This document shows, piece after piece, positions 1 through 9,037 of a stretch of 63,465 nucleotides of DNA. The DNA comes from a virus. Its lineage: Duplodnaviria > Caudoviricetes. The notes beneath the pieces were generated by a model. The model was not told where the DNA came from and ran no database searches. It worked only from the letters and a program-made list of their open reading frames with translations. The translations under genes were made by a program, and so were the position numbers. The stretch lies in IMG/VR virus record IMGVR_UViG_3300027593_000199, positions 1 to 63,465 of that record. The stretch is one strand, 5' to 3'. Position 1 is the first letter of the stretch. Every line of letters starts with the position of its first letter.

Positions 1-200
1 CGTCTGATCATTACTTCTGATACCATATCATTGAATACATCATAGGCATCAGACCATTCCATCTCTTCCTCATCCTCAATCTCAGCAACCAACTCTTCCA
101 TGAACTTGAAATTTTCACGGGATGGTAACATAATGTACTCTTCAATACTCTCTTCATACTTGTCTAACATAACTTCGAATTGTCTTTTTGTTAACATCAT
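1..200 (-). CDS. Small acidic early protein, partial (runs off left edge)
   Basis: Read by hand: ATG at 198-200 after GGAG RBS; MMLTKRQFEVMLDKYEESIEE..., open to the window edge. Confidence 0.7.
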   Translation of the reverse strand, partial: MMLTKRQFEVMLDKYEESIEEYIMLPSRENFKFMEELVAEIEDEEEMEWSDAYDVFNDMVSEVMIR

Positions 201-230
201 AATAATCTCCAATTAATTTCTCAGTAAGTA

Positions 231-260
231 ATTATCGTATTATATTGAAATTAGGTCAAC
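231..260 (-). promoter_or_regulatory. Sigma70-type early promoter
   Basis: TTGACC-17nt-GATAAT; spacer begins TAATTTC as in the sibling promoters. Confidence 0.8.
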
Positions 261-264
261 AGAC

Positions 265-290
265 AAAAAACCCGCATCAAATGCGGGTTA
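265..290 (-). terminator. Rho-independent terminator
   Basis: AACCCGCAT-TTG-ATGCGGGTT hairpin followed by a T-run on the minus strand. Confidence 0.8.
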
Positions 291-355
291 TTTCCAATAG
301 TACACAGATATTAACAGTACCAGCAGAATTGTAATCAGAATCTTCTCTAGGTATT

Positions 356-649
356 TCATAACTTAACTCCATTACTAGATACATCCTTAGGCAAATTGTA
401 TTCTCTTTCATACTGAGAGTTTATACTACCGTTACGTTCAGGACCAGGATACTTGATATTACTTTCTACTTCTAATCCAAATGATCTAAGTATGTTTCTC
501 TGATCAGCCTGGCTACCGCATCTATCAGTACATTCTCTAACAATCAACTCGGCGAACTTTTCACACTCAGGCATATCCCAATGACCAATACCAAAACTAT
601 CTGGAAGATATCCAGCCTCAATAGCTAGTTGTCTAATTCGTTCGTTCAT
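356..649 (-). CDS. Small early protein, 'EKFAELIVREC' family
   Basis: MNERIRQLAIEAG...EKFAELIVREC...SFGLE. Confidence 0.75.
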   Translation of the reverse strand: MNERIRQLAIEAGYLPDSFGIGHWDMPECEKFAELIVRECTDRCGSQADQRNILRSFGLEVESNIKYPGPERNGSINSQYEREYNLPKDVSSNGVKL

Positions 650-656
650 ACATATC

Positions 657-938
657 CTACCTCTCTATCCCAAACTCTTTCAATATGCAGTCGGACGGAT
701 CAAAGTCTTCACGCAACGCAATGTCAGAGCACTCCCTAACTATCGAGCTAGCAAACTTCTCAAGTCGAAACAACCTACTTCCATCAAGCTCATTATTCCC
801 TAACGCTATCCCAGCATCAGAAGCATGCTCTCTTACCTTCCTTCTTAACCTAGTCTTCTTGTAGCCTGACTGCAGTGCCTCAATCTGACCATTCAATCGC
901 TCTATCTCAAGCTCATATTCCTCCGCCGTCTTGCTCAT
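657..938 (-). CDS. Small early protein, 'EKFAELIVREC' family paralog (probable start MSKTAEE)
   Basis: EKFASSIVREC...ILKEFGIE; GAGG RBS before the second Met. Confidence 0.7.
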   Translation of the reverse strand: MSKTAEEYELEIERLNGQIEALQSGYKKTRLRRKVREHASDAGIALGNNELDGSRLFRLEKFASSIVRECSDIALREDFDPSDCILKEFGIER

Positions 939-1076
939 ATCTCTTCCTCTCAATCTCATACAACTCATGAGTTATCATTGTCTTAACTATCCGAGGATAG
1001 TGTTCTGGATCTGGCAAATCACCTTTCTCCATCAGATTAGTGATTGCCAGCTCAATATCCTCTTTACTTGGATCCA

Positions 1077-1289
1077 TTACAACAACTCTTTCTCAACCAC
1101 AACATACTCGTCCAACTCATTCAACTCTGCTTCCATCTTTGCATATTCAAACGCATCTGATTCTAACTTGAATACTCTTAACAAATACTCAACCTCTTCT
1201 ACCATATTGACTACCGCAAATACTTTCATAGTCCCTTCTTCTGCTTCTCTGTCCTCTTTAAAGAACACTCTCTCTGCTAATGCTTTCAT
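1077..1289 (-). CDS. Hypothetical early protein
   Basis: ORF coupled to neighbour by ATGA overlap. Confidence 0.6.
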   Translation of the reverse strand: MKALAERVFFKEDREAEEGTMKVFAVVNMVEEVEYLLRVFKLESDAFEYAKMEAELNELDEYVVVEKELL

Positions 1290-1525
1290 GATATATCTCC
1301 ATTCTCAATTCCAAAATGCTTTCTGATTACTTCAGCCTCAACAGTCCTAACTTGATCACAACACTCTTCAATCAATGCCAAAGCAAAGAGTCGTCCAGGA
1401 CCAGACCAAATAGGTGAGTTGTAGATGTTAAACCTAGTCCTGGCTGCAATCAGATTAAACATATCAGGATTGTCTGGTAAGAGAGCAGCATCATACGCTT
1501 CATTGAATTCCTTAAACTCACTCAT
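1286..1525 (-). CDS. Small early protein, divergent 'EKFAELIVREC' family member
   Basis: RLFALALIEECC...IRKHFGIE. Confidence 0.65.
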   Translation of the reverse strand: MSEFKEFNEAYDAALLPDNPDMFNLIAARTRFNIYNSPIWSGPGRLFALALIEECCDQVRTVEAEVIRKHFGIENGDIS

Positions 1526-1893
1526 ACACCTTGCTCCATCACAGTTCTAAAGTCTGATGCATAAGGTTGGTGTTGCTTTAGCGATATGACAGGACGTCCA
1601 AATATTTCCCACTTTGCCACAGCTCCTGTATGCTTAACTGTTGATACATCAGCAACAAACCCTTCAATTGAATGGTACTTGACTCGATTGAAGTATGATC
1701 TATCTACTCGCTCAGCCTTCTCTACTTCCCACGACAAAAGGTTGTTGTTAACTTCCTTATACTGATCACAAATAATAAAAGTACCATCCTCTAAGCAGTC
1801 GAGTACTAGAAAGCATGGGATAAACCTCTCATGCCAGTGATCACCAGGTTGAGGATTATCAAATGCTGCCTGGTTCTTTTCTTCAAAGCTCAT
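1522..1893 (-). CDS. Hypothetical early protein
   Basis: 123-aa ORF with ATGA overlaps at both ends. Confidence 0.7.
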   Translation of the reverse strand: MSFEEKNQAAFDNPQPGDHWHERFIPCFLVLDCLEDGTFIICDQYKEVNNNLLSWEVEKAERVDRSYFNRVKYHSIEGFVADVSTVKHTGAVAKWEIFGRPVISLKQHQPYASDFRTVMEQGV

Positions 1894-2087
1894 AACACAT
1901 CCCCAATCTCTTCACGAAGTCTAGCCAATTCAAACAATGCTTGCTCAGATCTAATCTGCCTCTGACGTCCCTCTTCAATTAACATCTCCGAGTACTTAAT
2001 AAAGTTATCATAACGAATATGCATGACACCATAACTCTCATCATAGATGATTCCGGCAGACTTCGCTATGCACTTGAAATTAATCAT
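1890..2087 (-). CDS. Hypothetical early protein
   Basis: Translationally coupled ORF. Confidence 0.6.
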   Translation of the reverse strand: MINFKCIAKSAGIIYDESYGVMHIRYDNFIKYSEMLIEEGRQRQIRSEQALFELARLREEIGDVL

Positions 2088-2344
2088 AACGGAAGTCTAA
2101 CTATTAATCCAGGTGCACCCCACTTTGTTCCCTTTGTGGTCGTGATTGAGTAGCTATTGTAACCAGCCTTTGCTAACACGGTTCTAATGTCACCACATAG
2201 CTCAACTTCTTCCATATGATTAGAAGGTAGGTAGCACTTAACTGTACGACAAGATTTATATTTGTTAGTGAAAGCTCTCTTACCATGAAGCTTCATTGTA
2301 CAACGAACTAACAACGTTGCTGGAATGATTTCACTTATTTGCAT
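2084..2344 (-). CDS. Hypothetical early protein
   Basis: Coupled ORF (TAATG overlap). Confidence 0.6.
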   Translation of the reverse strand: MQISEIIPATLLVRCTMKLHGKRAFTNKYKSCRTVKCYLPSNHMEEVELCGDIRTVLAKAGYNSYSITTTKGTKWGAPGLIVRLPL

Positions 2345-2556
2345 TATACACGCTCCTCATACTCTGAATCGAAGAAAGTCAAACCGGAATCGTCGTCTGC
2401 ACGTGCATCATCAAACCCCTGCTCGCCAACCTCTTTTGCAATTAGATTAACATCATCGTAACTAAGGCCGTACATATCAGCGATCTGTCTAAACGACAAC
2501 TGACCGCGAAGGATTGAGTCCTGCACATCGATGATGAGGTCTTTGAATTTACTCAT
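2344..2556 (-). CDS. Hypothetical early protein, possible small HTH
   Basis: First gene after promoter; AGGAG RBS; LSFRQIADMYGLSYDDV is HTH-like. Confidence 0.7.
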   Translation of the reverse strand: MSKFKDLIIDVQDSILRGQLSFRQIADMYGLSYDDVNLIAKEVGEQGFDDARADDDSGLTFFDSEYEERV

Positions 2557-2587
2557 TCTTTTCTCCTAAAATTGTTTCAGTAAGGCT

Positions 2588-2617
2588 ATTATGCTCTAAT
2601 ACGGAAATTAGGTCAAC
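2588..2617 (-). promoter_or_regulatory. Sigma70-type early promoter
   Basis: TTGACC-TAATTTCCGTATTAGAG(17)-CATAAT. Confidence 0.8.
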
Positions 2618-2621
2618 AAAT

Positions 2622-2647
2622 AAAAAACCCACATAGAATGTGGGTTT
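2622..2647 (-). terminator. Rho-independent terminator
   Basis: AAACCCACAT-TCT-ATGTGGGTTT hairpin plus T-run. Confidence 0.8.
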
Positions 2648-2665
2648 AGGCTGCTACGGGAAATA

Positions 2666-2899
2666 CTACCACTGACCTAGCCGGGCAGTATCAACATCTT
2701 TACCATAGTACTTCAACACACGCTTCAATGCCTTGACCAACTTCTTATTAGCTTTCACATCCTCATCATGCATCCAACTCTCACCACGTGAGTGCATAGC
2801 AAGATCATGTTTAGTGTTAACATACACATCGTGCAGATTGTCTATTGTGATGCAGTCAGCAGTCTCCCAAGATATCATCAATCGTTTATCCATTACCAT
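2666..2899 (-). CDS. Hypothetical protein
   Basis: 77-aa ORF coupled to fabF. Confidence 0.6.
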   Translation of the reverse strand: MVMDKRLMISWETADCITIDNLHDVYVNTKHDLAMHSRGESWMHDEDVKANKKLVKALKRVLKYYGKDVDTARLGQW

Positions 2900-4110
2900 T
2901 TCTCCAATATCATACTAGCGTTACGTCCACCAAAACCAAAACTGTTCTTCATTGCATACTTAATATCTACATCAATTGCCTTTGTTGGTAATATTAAATT
3001 AGAACCACCAATAGGATCAACTAGATTAGCATTACCAGGACTCTTACCAGTCTCCATTGCTAATAGTGTGTAGATCGTTTCAATCAATCCACAAGCACTC
3101 ATAGCATGACCAATCTGTCCTTTATTACTAACCACAACAACATCATGCTTAATTATCTTAGCAATGGCATTGTACTCTATTATATCACCAATTGGAGTAC
3201 TTGTTGCATGAGCATTAACATAATCAATATGTGAAGGATCAAGATCAGCATTCTTACAAGCAGTAAGCATACATTGGTAAGCTCCTTCACCCTCTGGATC
3301 TGGACTTGTGTCACTATCAAAGTTGGTAACGATACCACAACCCTCAATAGTAGCATACACTTTAGCATTACGCTTCAATGCTTTAACAAGTGGTTCAATA
3401 ATAATAGTAGCAGCACCTTCACCCATCACAAAACCATTACGAGATTTATCGAAAGGAGCACTGATACCTGTAGGACTTAAAGCTCCAAGTAAGTTGAACC
3501 AGTACATATCAAAAGCATCCGTTGTCCCATCTGTTGCACCAACAAGCATAGCATCTAAGTCTGGATTAGCTTTCAGATAAGCACATGCAGCATCGATTGA
3601 CACAATACCAGTAGCGCAAGCACTGACCATTGAATAGTTTGGTCCATTGAAACCAAACACAGCAGCAACCTGCGCAGCAGTGTGCTCACCACCAATGTTA
3701 AGAGACTTACGAGGACTGTATTTCTTACCTTGATTAAAAGCTGCTAGCATGTCAGACTTTACATATGTACCAGCTGCAAATGAACTAAAGACAACTCCAA
3801 CATTAACACTATCAATACCAGAATCATTCACAGCTTCATCGGCTGATATCAAACCTATTCTAGTAACAGGATCCCAATGTCTCCAATACTTTTCAAACTT
3901 AGGTTTATTTTCTGATTCTTCAGGTTGAGGACACTTACCAACTAAAGTGGTAGGTACTGCTTTGTGCGATTGAGGAAATAGCTGATCATCATACTCTGGC
4001 CAGCTGATTGGAACAATAGCACTCTTGCCTTCTAACAAAGCATAGAAACTAGTCACGGCATCTTTACCAAGACCATTATATAATCCAATACCTGTAATAG
4101 CAAAATGCAT
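2893..4110 (-). CDS. fabF: Beta-ketoacyl-ACP synthase (KAS II, FabF/FabB family)
   Basis: Catalytic Cys in SACATG; His in YVNAHATST and KGQIGHA; GFVMGEGA; NSFGFGGRN. Confidence 0.93.
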   Translation of the reverse strand: MHFAITGIGLYNGLGKDAVTSFYALLEGKSAIVPISWPEYDDQLFPQSHKAVPTTLVGKCPQPEESENKPKFEKYWRHWDPVTRIGLISADEAVNDSGIDSVNVGVVFSSFAAGTYVKSDMLAAFNQGKKYSPRKSLNIGGEHTAAQVAAVFGFNGPNYSMVSACATGIVSIDAACAYLKANPDLDAMLVGATDGTTDAFDMYWFNLLGALSPTGISAPFDKSRNGFVMGEGAATIIIEPLVKALKRNAKVYATIEGCGIVTNFDSDTSPDPEGEGAYQCMLTACKNADLDPSHIDYVNAHATSTPIGDIIEYNAIAKIIKHDVVVVSNKGQIGHAMSACGLIETIYTLLAMETGKSPGNANLVDPIGGSNLILPTKAIDVDIKYAMKNSFGFGGRNASMILEKW

Positions 4111-4274
4111 TAGTTCTCTTTTCTTTTCTTATACCAAGCTCGTAACGGTTTGACAACACGATAGTAGGTCCAGTCACCAATTATCCATAGTACTATGAAC
4201 CCAATGAACAAGGCAACAGTTCCTAAGAACTCAAACATTGGTCTCCAGAACCAAATAGCAAATGCATCACTCAT
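4110..4274 (-). CDS. Small membrane protein (54 aa, not in ORF track)
   Basis: Read by hand: MSDAFAIWFWRPMFEFLGTVALFIGFIVLWIIGDW...; TAATG coupling to fabF. Confidence 0.6.
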   Translation of the reverse strand: MSDAFAIWFWRPMFEFLGTVALFIGFIVLWIIGDWTYYRVVKPLRAWYKKRKEN

Positions 4275-4434
4275 TATCTCATTACCTTTCTATAACAACG
4301 GCATGCCTCTCCGTATGTATGTCCAGCAACTTCAATGACATCACCAATACAAGACTCTCCATCGTCAAGCACTATCAGCTCAACAATCTCATAGAGTCTT
4401 GTCTTAACGGTGTACCTGATTGTAGGCACGATAG

Positions 4435-4641
4435 TCACAGCTCACCTCTAGCAAACAAAGCAAGGATAGACAATCCTAGACCAGGAATAACGCCAAACGA
4501 ATAAACACATAAAGCAAAACCGGTACACAAAAGAAAGATGTCGAAAAGACGAGTAGGCAAAGTTGAAGGCTCACTGTAGACTGATTCGAATTCATATTCT
4601 CTCTCATTATTAATTTGTCGTTTACGCCAAAGACTGCTCAT
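4435..4641 (-). CDS. Small membrane protein
   Basis: Hydrophobic C-terminal hairpin. Confidence 0.6.
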   Translation of the reverse strand: MSSLWRKRQINNEREYEFESVYSEPSTLPTRLFDIFLLCTGFALCVYSFGVIPGLGLSILALFARGEL

Positions 4642-4779
4642 TAAAACTTCTCCTTGAAGATCTTCTCTACTGTACGAATGCCAAGATTAGCAACGCCCAT
4701 AGCAAGACCAGTAACATAGAAAGCAAAGAACATAGAAATACTAACTAAAACAAAACCTACACATAAAAAAGTCAACATA

Positions 4780-5124
4780 TCACACCTCCACATTATCTAA
4801 AGTTAAACGAGTTGCAGGATTTATTATCCCACCATCATACTCCAACTGAGATTTTTCATAATCGGTCAGGTAATTATCTTCCACTAAGCCCCAAGAGATA
4901 ATGAATTCTTCACTATAGTCAGAGAAGCTCTCAATCTTATACGACATACGCTTCACAATTGCTTCTACATCTGCACGATCATTAAGGGACTCGGCAATCC
5001 CGTTCAAGTCAACCAGGTAGTCATCACCACCTTTGTTCTTCCAATACTGAGGACAGCTGCCCTTACCATCCCAGCTGTGTGCACCGTAGTTCTCGCGATA
5101 CTGAGTCTGAATGTGTAATAACAT
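4780..5124 (-). CDS. Conserved phage hypothetical protein
   Basis: TQYRENYGAHSWDGKGSCPQYWKNKGG motif; GGAG RBS before MLLHIQ. Confidence 0.75.
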   Translation of the reverse strand: MLLHIQTQYRENYGAHSWDGKGSCPQYWKNKGGDDYLVDLNGIAESLNDRADVEAIVKRMSYKIESFSDYSEEFIISWGLVEDNYLTDYEKSQLEYDGGIINPATRLTLDNVEV

Positions 5125-5155
5125 AGTCGTCTCCAATTAATTAACCAATAAGAAC

Positions 5156-5185
5156 ATCATCAAGTAAAAAGGAAATTAAGTCAAC
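5156..5185 (-). promoter_or_regulatory. Sigma70-type early promoter
   Basis: TTGACT-TAATTTCC...(17)-GATGAT. Confidence 0.7.
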
Positions 5186-5370
5186 TACTTAATCTTACGA
5201 CGTGTTGGCATTGCGAACATAGAGTCATCTGGAATACCACGTTTTGCTAATGCACCAAGCAAAGCATATGAACCACCAAATGCCAAGTAAGGATTACGCT
5301 TTACTTTCTTTTCAGGATATACATTGACAGTATATCCTTCTGGAGTTACATAAGAGCTAATTGGTTTCAT
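5185..5370 (-). CDS. Hypothetical early protein
   Basis: 61-aa ORF with GGAG RBS. Confidence 0.6.
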   Translation of the reverse strand: MKPISSYVTPEGYTVNVYPEKKVKRNPYLAFGGSYALLGALAKRGIPDDSMFAMPTRRKIK

Positions 5371-5540
5371 TGCTTTTCTCCATAAAAAGATGCATCGTTG
5401 TCATATGATTGTTCAGAGTATTGCAACTGCTGATATCCAGCCATGAAGTCGTCTATGTAATCATCATAGATGAGTTCAATGTAAGATTCCTTAGCTTCGT
5501 GCGCAAGGATCTGGCACGATGTATTTGCTCGATCAATCAT
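5367..5540 (-). CDS. Small acidic early protein (not in ORF track)
   Basis: Read by hand: MIDRANTSCQILAHEAKESY...; AAGGAG RBS directly after promoter. Confidence 0.6.
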   Translation of the reverse strand: MIDRANTSCQILAHEAKESYIELIYDDYIDDFMAGYQQLQYSEQSYDNDASFYGEKQ

Positions 5541-5568
5541 GTTTTCTCCTTAATTAACCATTAAGAAC

Positions 5569-5598
5569 ATCATATAGCAAAAAGGAATTTAGGTCAAC
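5569..5598 (-). promoter_or_regulatory. Sigma70-type early promoter
   Basis: TTGACC-TAAATTCC...(17)-TATGAT. Confidence 0.8.
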
Positions 5599-5617
5599 AA
5601 TTTGTTCAACCGCATAT

Positions 5618-6346
5618 TTAGTGGTGAAATGGACACTTTTTCTGTTGCTTTTCTTTTAACTTAGATACTTTCTTGTAGCTACTAAAGAAGAACGGACTCA
5701 TACTCACCTCACGATCGTGAAACTCTGCCCGTGAGATATAATGACACTTCACTTCAATGTTCCTGTCTGTAAGAGGGACTATCTGAACGATGGGAGTACC
5801 TGCACTCAGAGACACGTTATGGTCCAGTCCTTTTCTAATCATTAAGTTAATATTTGATCTGATTGCATGATTGAATTTTACAATACCAGGAACAGTATGT
5901 ATATCCATTGTCTCTGTATTCCATGTAGGACTAACATATAACCATTCAATATCATGACTACATTCAAATAACCATGGTGATGTTAGCTTAATACTATGAA
6001 CATCCATAGTATGTACAACTGATCCTATTGCATCCGGGTGGTTGTAATCGATTGATGAATGTTGATCGGCAAACTGATATTTGTAATCATCTCTATTACT
6101 TTGTATCTCGAGATCACTCCACAAAGGAACCATTACTCCCTTCTTATATAAATCTATAAACCCTGGACAGGTTTTTATTGTAGGAGCGTCATGGAAATTA
6201 TCACCATACCTATATGCCTTGGGAACCTTTTTCCACCATTCAGGAATAAAGTTCTTAGTATAATTAATACTGAATAAATCATAAGCACTCTTGTTTGATG
6301 TATAGCAGTTAAGTACAACTTTCTTTTTGAATAGTTTATTCCACAT
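5618..6346 (-). CDS. Conserved phage hypothetical protein (probable start MWNKLF)
   Basis: TIKTCPGFID, PLWSD, KLTSPW, AGTPIVQIVP, C-terminal KCPFH; pattern recurrent in aquatic phages. Confidence 0.7.
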   Translation of the reverse strand: MWNKLFKKKVVLNCYTSNKSAYDLFSINYTKNFIPEWWKKVPKAYRYGDNFHDAPTIKTCPGFIDLYKKGVMVPLWSDLEIQSNRDDYKYQFADQHSSIDYNHPDAIGSVVHTMDVHSIKLTSPWLFECSHDIEWLYVSPTWNTETMDIHTVPGIVKFNHAIRSNINLMIRKGLDHNVSLSAGTPIVQIVPLTDRNIEVKCHYISRAEFHDREVSMSPFFFSSYKKVSKLKEKQQKKCPFHH

Positions 6347-6692
6347 CGAACCAAATGTCCTTTCCATGTACTCGATCACGGTACTGTTCTTCATACTCTA
6401 TTGGAGGAAGTGGAGGCTCCATATCCTCTAGTGTAGGCATTACAACTGTTACATCTGTTTGATATTGACGAGCTGATCTTGCAATGTGGGAAAGCTTCCA
6501 CTTATGCTCCTCTGCATCATCAGTCTTATGATATGCCGCAACGGCAATTGATTTGTTTAGTTTGTCCTCATCAGAATGATCTCGGACGTTAGCACAACTA
6601 TAGCTACAGTAAATGCCTCGCTTGATATGTTTAGTACCACAGCGAGGACATTCCTTCTCTTCTCTAACTTTCTTCTTGCGTCCCATTGGCAA
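6336..6692 (-). CDS. Zinc-finger protein
   Basis: CPRC...YCSYSC. Confidence 0.7.
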   Translation of the reverse strand: MPMGRKKKVREEKECPRCGTKHIKRGIYCSYSCANVRDHSDEDKLNKSIAVAAYHKTDDAEEHKWKLSHIARSARQYQTDVTVVMPTLEDMEPPLPPIEYEEQYRDRVHGKDIWFDVE

Positions 6693-6891
6693 AGTACTCG
6701 TTGGCTTTTGATTTCGCTTCGGCTAAGTTGAGAGCCAACACTTTAACTGATGCAATACCTTCCTTGTTGATCTTCAAGTCAAATGGAACAGTGCCATAGA
6801 AGGCAAAGTCATCTGGAACCTGAACAACTACATTGAACTCTTGCAATTGTTTTACTCTGTTCATAATATCTCTTACTTCTTTCATATTCAC
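6664..6891 (-). CDS. Hypothetical protein
   Basis: 75-aa ORF with GAGG RBS. Confidence 0.65.
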   Translation of the reverse strand: MNMKEVRDIMNRVKQLQEFNVVVQVPDDFAFYGTVPFDLKINKEGIASVKVLALNLAEAKSKANEYFANGTQEES

Positions 6892-6898
6892 TCCTCAC

Positions 6899-7894
6899 TT
6901 AGAAAATTGCTTTGAGGTTATCGATAAAGATTCTCCAAGCAGAACTCCAACTCCAGGCATTACTACCAGCTAACACATTCTTACGATCTAATTCCAGGCA
7001 CTTATCAATAGCCAGTTTGAGATTTTCATCCATATAACCAGTGATACCCGGATCAATGACATCTAGTGGTCCGTGACAAGGATAAGCAGCAACAGGAGTA
7101 CCACATGCCATAGCTTCTATCATCACTATTCCAAACGTCTCCCATCGACTAGGAAACACAAACACATCAGCTTGTGCATAGTAACTAGCTAGCTCGTGAC
7201 CTGTCTTATATCCTGGAAATATTACAGAAGGATACTTAGACTCAAGCTCTTCTCGATAAGGACCATCTCCCACTAATATCTTTGTTGCATTGGGATAATC
7301 CAACTCACAAAATGCTTCTAGGTTCTTTTCTTTGCTTAATCGACTAACACAAAGAAGTATGGTACGTTGAGAAGTAATTGGTTGAGGATGAAATATCTTT
7401 CTATCAACACCTCTAGTCCATGGAATTACTTTAGAGAAACCATGATCTTCTAACTCTTTAACCATACTCGAAGTTGTAGTTAGTACTCTTCCACTGTGCT
7501 TATGAAACCATCTAACATACCACCATGTCCATGATTCTGGAATACCAACTATCTTTTTTAGACCTTCAGGTAGTTTAGTATGATAAGCAGTATTGTAGCT
7601 AATCCGCTTGATGTCAAGATAAAGTCGAGCAGCAAGACCAATAGGACCTTCCGTGGCGATGTGGATATAATCCGCATCCATCTCTTGAATCTTTTTGCCG
7701 ATGCGCCACGGGATGGCAAACTTAATTTCAGGGTAGCCAGGAGCACCAAAAGATATGAACTGCCTGGGATCAAGGTATACAACACGATAGCCGTCCAGAA
7801 CTGCACATGCCTCAATATTCTTGTAGGTCGTAACAACGCCATTGATTTGATCCGGTAAGTTGTCTGTAATGATTAGAATTGTTTCTTTACGCAT
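6899..7894 (-). CDS. GT4 glycosyltransferase, Agt-like (glycosyl-diacylglycerol synthase)
   Basis: ILIITD..PDQINGVV, IHIATEGPIG, YHT, WTRGVD, VSRLSKEKN, DVFVFPS..ETFGIVMIEAMACGTPVAA. Confidence 0.85.
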   Translation of the reverse strand: MRKETILIITDNLPDQINGVVTTYKNIEACAVLDGYRVVYLDPRQFISFGAPGYPEIKFAIPWRIGKKIQEMDADYIHIATEGPIGLAARLYLDIKRISYNTAYHTKLPEGLKKIVGIPESWTWWYVRWFHKHSGRVLTTTSSMVKELEDHGFSKVIPWTRGVDRKIFHPQPITSQRTILLCVSRLSKEKNLEAFCELDYPNATKILVGDGPYREELESKYPSVIFPGYKTGHELASYYAQADVFVFPSRWETFGIVMIEAMACGTPVAAYPCHGPLDVIDPGITGYMDENLKLAIDKCLELDRKNVLAGSNAWSWSSAWRIFIDNLKAIF

Positions 7895-7954
7895 TGTGCA
7901 GTCACTTTAAATGAATCAAATTTCAATTTGTATGTTAATGTGTGTAGTGCGTTC

Positions 7955-8800
7955 TCACAACTCTGTTGATCCGGGAACTCCAGTGTTACTTTTCCTGGTA
8001 CGTCTTTTGGATCCGTTAGACTTACTGCTAGTATTACCATCAACCACATCATCCGCCTCCTTGGTCCATGTTACTATCTCCCAACGACCATCATGATGTT
8101 CTACTAACGCTGTCATACTTTCAACCCAGTCACCGTCATTCATGTATACTACACCGTTGATTTCTTTTATCTCTGCGTGATGAATGTGACCACATATCAC
8201 TCCATCAAAGCCGCGCTTTCTACAATAGCCAACAAGATTACGCTCAAACTGAAACATAAAATCCACAGCTTTCTTAACTTTATGCTTAAGAAACCTAGAT
8301 AGACTCCAATAACCAAAGCCCATGCGATGGCGTAACCAATTATACTTGCTGTTAAGACTGAGAACAAAGTCATAAGCTCTATCTCCTAAGAAGCTTAGCC
8401 AAGGGGCTAGTCGTGTTATACCGTCAAAGAGATCACCATGAACAACCAAGTAGTGCTTACCATCCGCTCCAATATGTTCTGTTTGATTAACAACTTCAAT
8501 CAATCCAAAACCAATACCATATGGTATGAGAGGACGTAAAAACTCATCATGATTACCTGCAACGTATACAACACGAGTACCACGCTTAGCATGACCCATA
8601 ATACGTCTTACAACATTAGTATGTGACTGTTTCCACTTCCAACGATTCTGTTGGATCTTCCACGCATCAATTATATCACCAACAAGATACAACGTATAGC
8701 AGGTATGATGTTTTAGAAAATTGTTTAATGCTTCCGCCTTACAATCTCTGGTACCCAGATGAACATCACTAATAAAAATACTGCGATACGTTTTTTCCAT
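7955..8800 (-). CDS. plcP: Calcineurin-like metallophosphoesterase, PlcP/LpxH2-type phospholipase C
   Basis: IFISDVHLG, LYLVGDIIDAW, GNHDE, HGDLFD, ICGHIH, YMNDGDWVES; adjacent to an Agt-like GT4. Confidence 0.8.
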   Translation of the reverse strand: MEKTYRSIFISDVHLGTRDCKAEALNNFLKHHTCYTLYLVGDIIDAWKIQQNRWKWKQSHTNVVRRIMGHAKRGTRVVYVAGNHDEFLRPLIPYGIGFGLIEVVNQTEHIGADGKHYLVVHGDLFDGITRLAPWLSFLGDRAYDFVLSLNSKYNWLRHRMGFGYWSLSRFLKHKVKKAVDFMFQFERNLVGYCRKRGFDGVICGHIHHAEIKEINGVVYMNDGDWVESMTALVEHHDGRWEIVTWTKEADDVVDGNTSSKSNGSKRRTRKSNTGVPGSTEL

Positions 8801-8992
8801 TTACTCTCCGGCTTTAAGCATCCCTAACACTTCTATATAGGACTCCTTAACAACCTCGCATCCACCTCCAACCATGTACACAACTGTTAGTGAGTCATTA
8901 AATTCACTTTCAGACTCTGTAACGTGAGTGATGGTATCTCTATTGAAAGTAAGGGATTTATTATATCGATCAGATAATGTTATCCATCTCAT
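8801..8992 (-). CDS. Small hypothetical protein
   Basis: MRWITLSD...VKESYIEV; GGAG RBS. Confidence 0.6.
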   Translation of the reverse strand: MRWITLSDRYNKSLTFNRDTITHVTESESEFNDSLTVVYMVGGGCEVVKESYIEVLGMLKAGE

Positions 8993-9005
8993 TCGTTTCT
9001 CCAAT

Positions 9006-9031
9006 AAAAAAGGCCCGACCGAAGTCGGGCC
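9006..9031 (-). terminator. Rho-independent terminator with UUCG loop
   Basis: GGCCCGAC-TTCG-GTCGGGCC-TTTTTT. Confidence 0.9.
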
Positions 9032-9037
9032 AACAAA

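Noticed and set aside
8800-9037. Pho box upstream of plcP (also looked upstream of phoH)
   Set aside because: No convincing 11-nt-spaced CTGTCAT-like direct repeats seen by eye; needs a PWM scan
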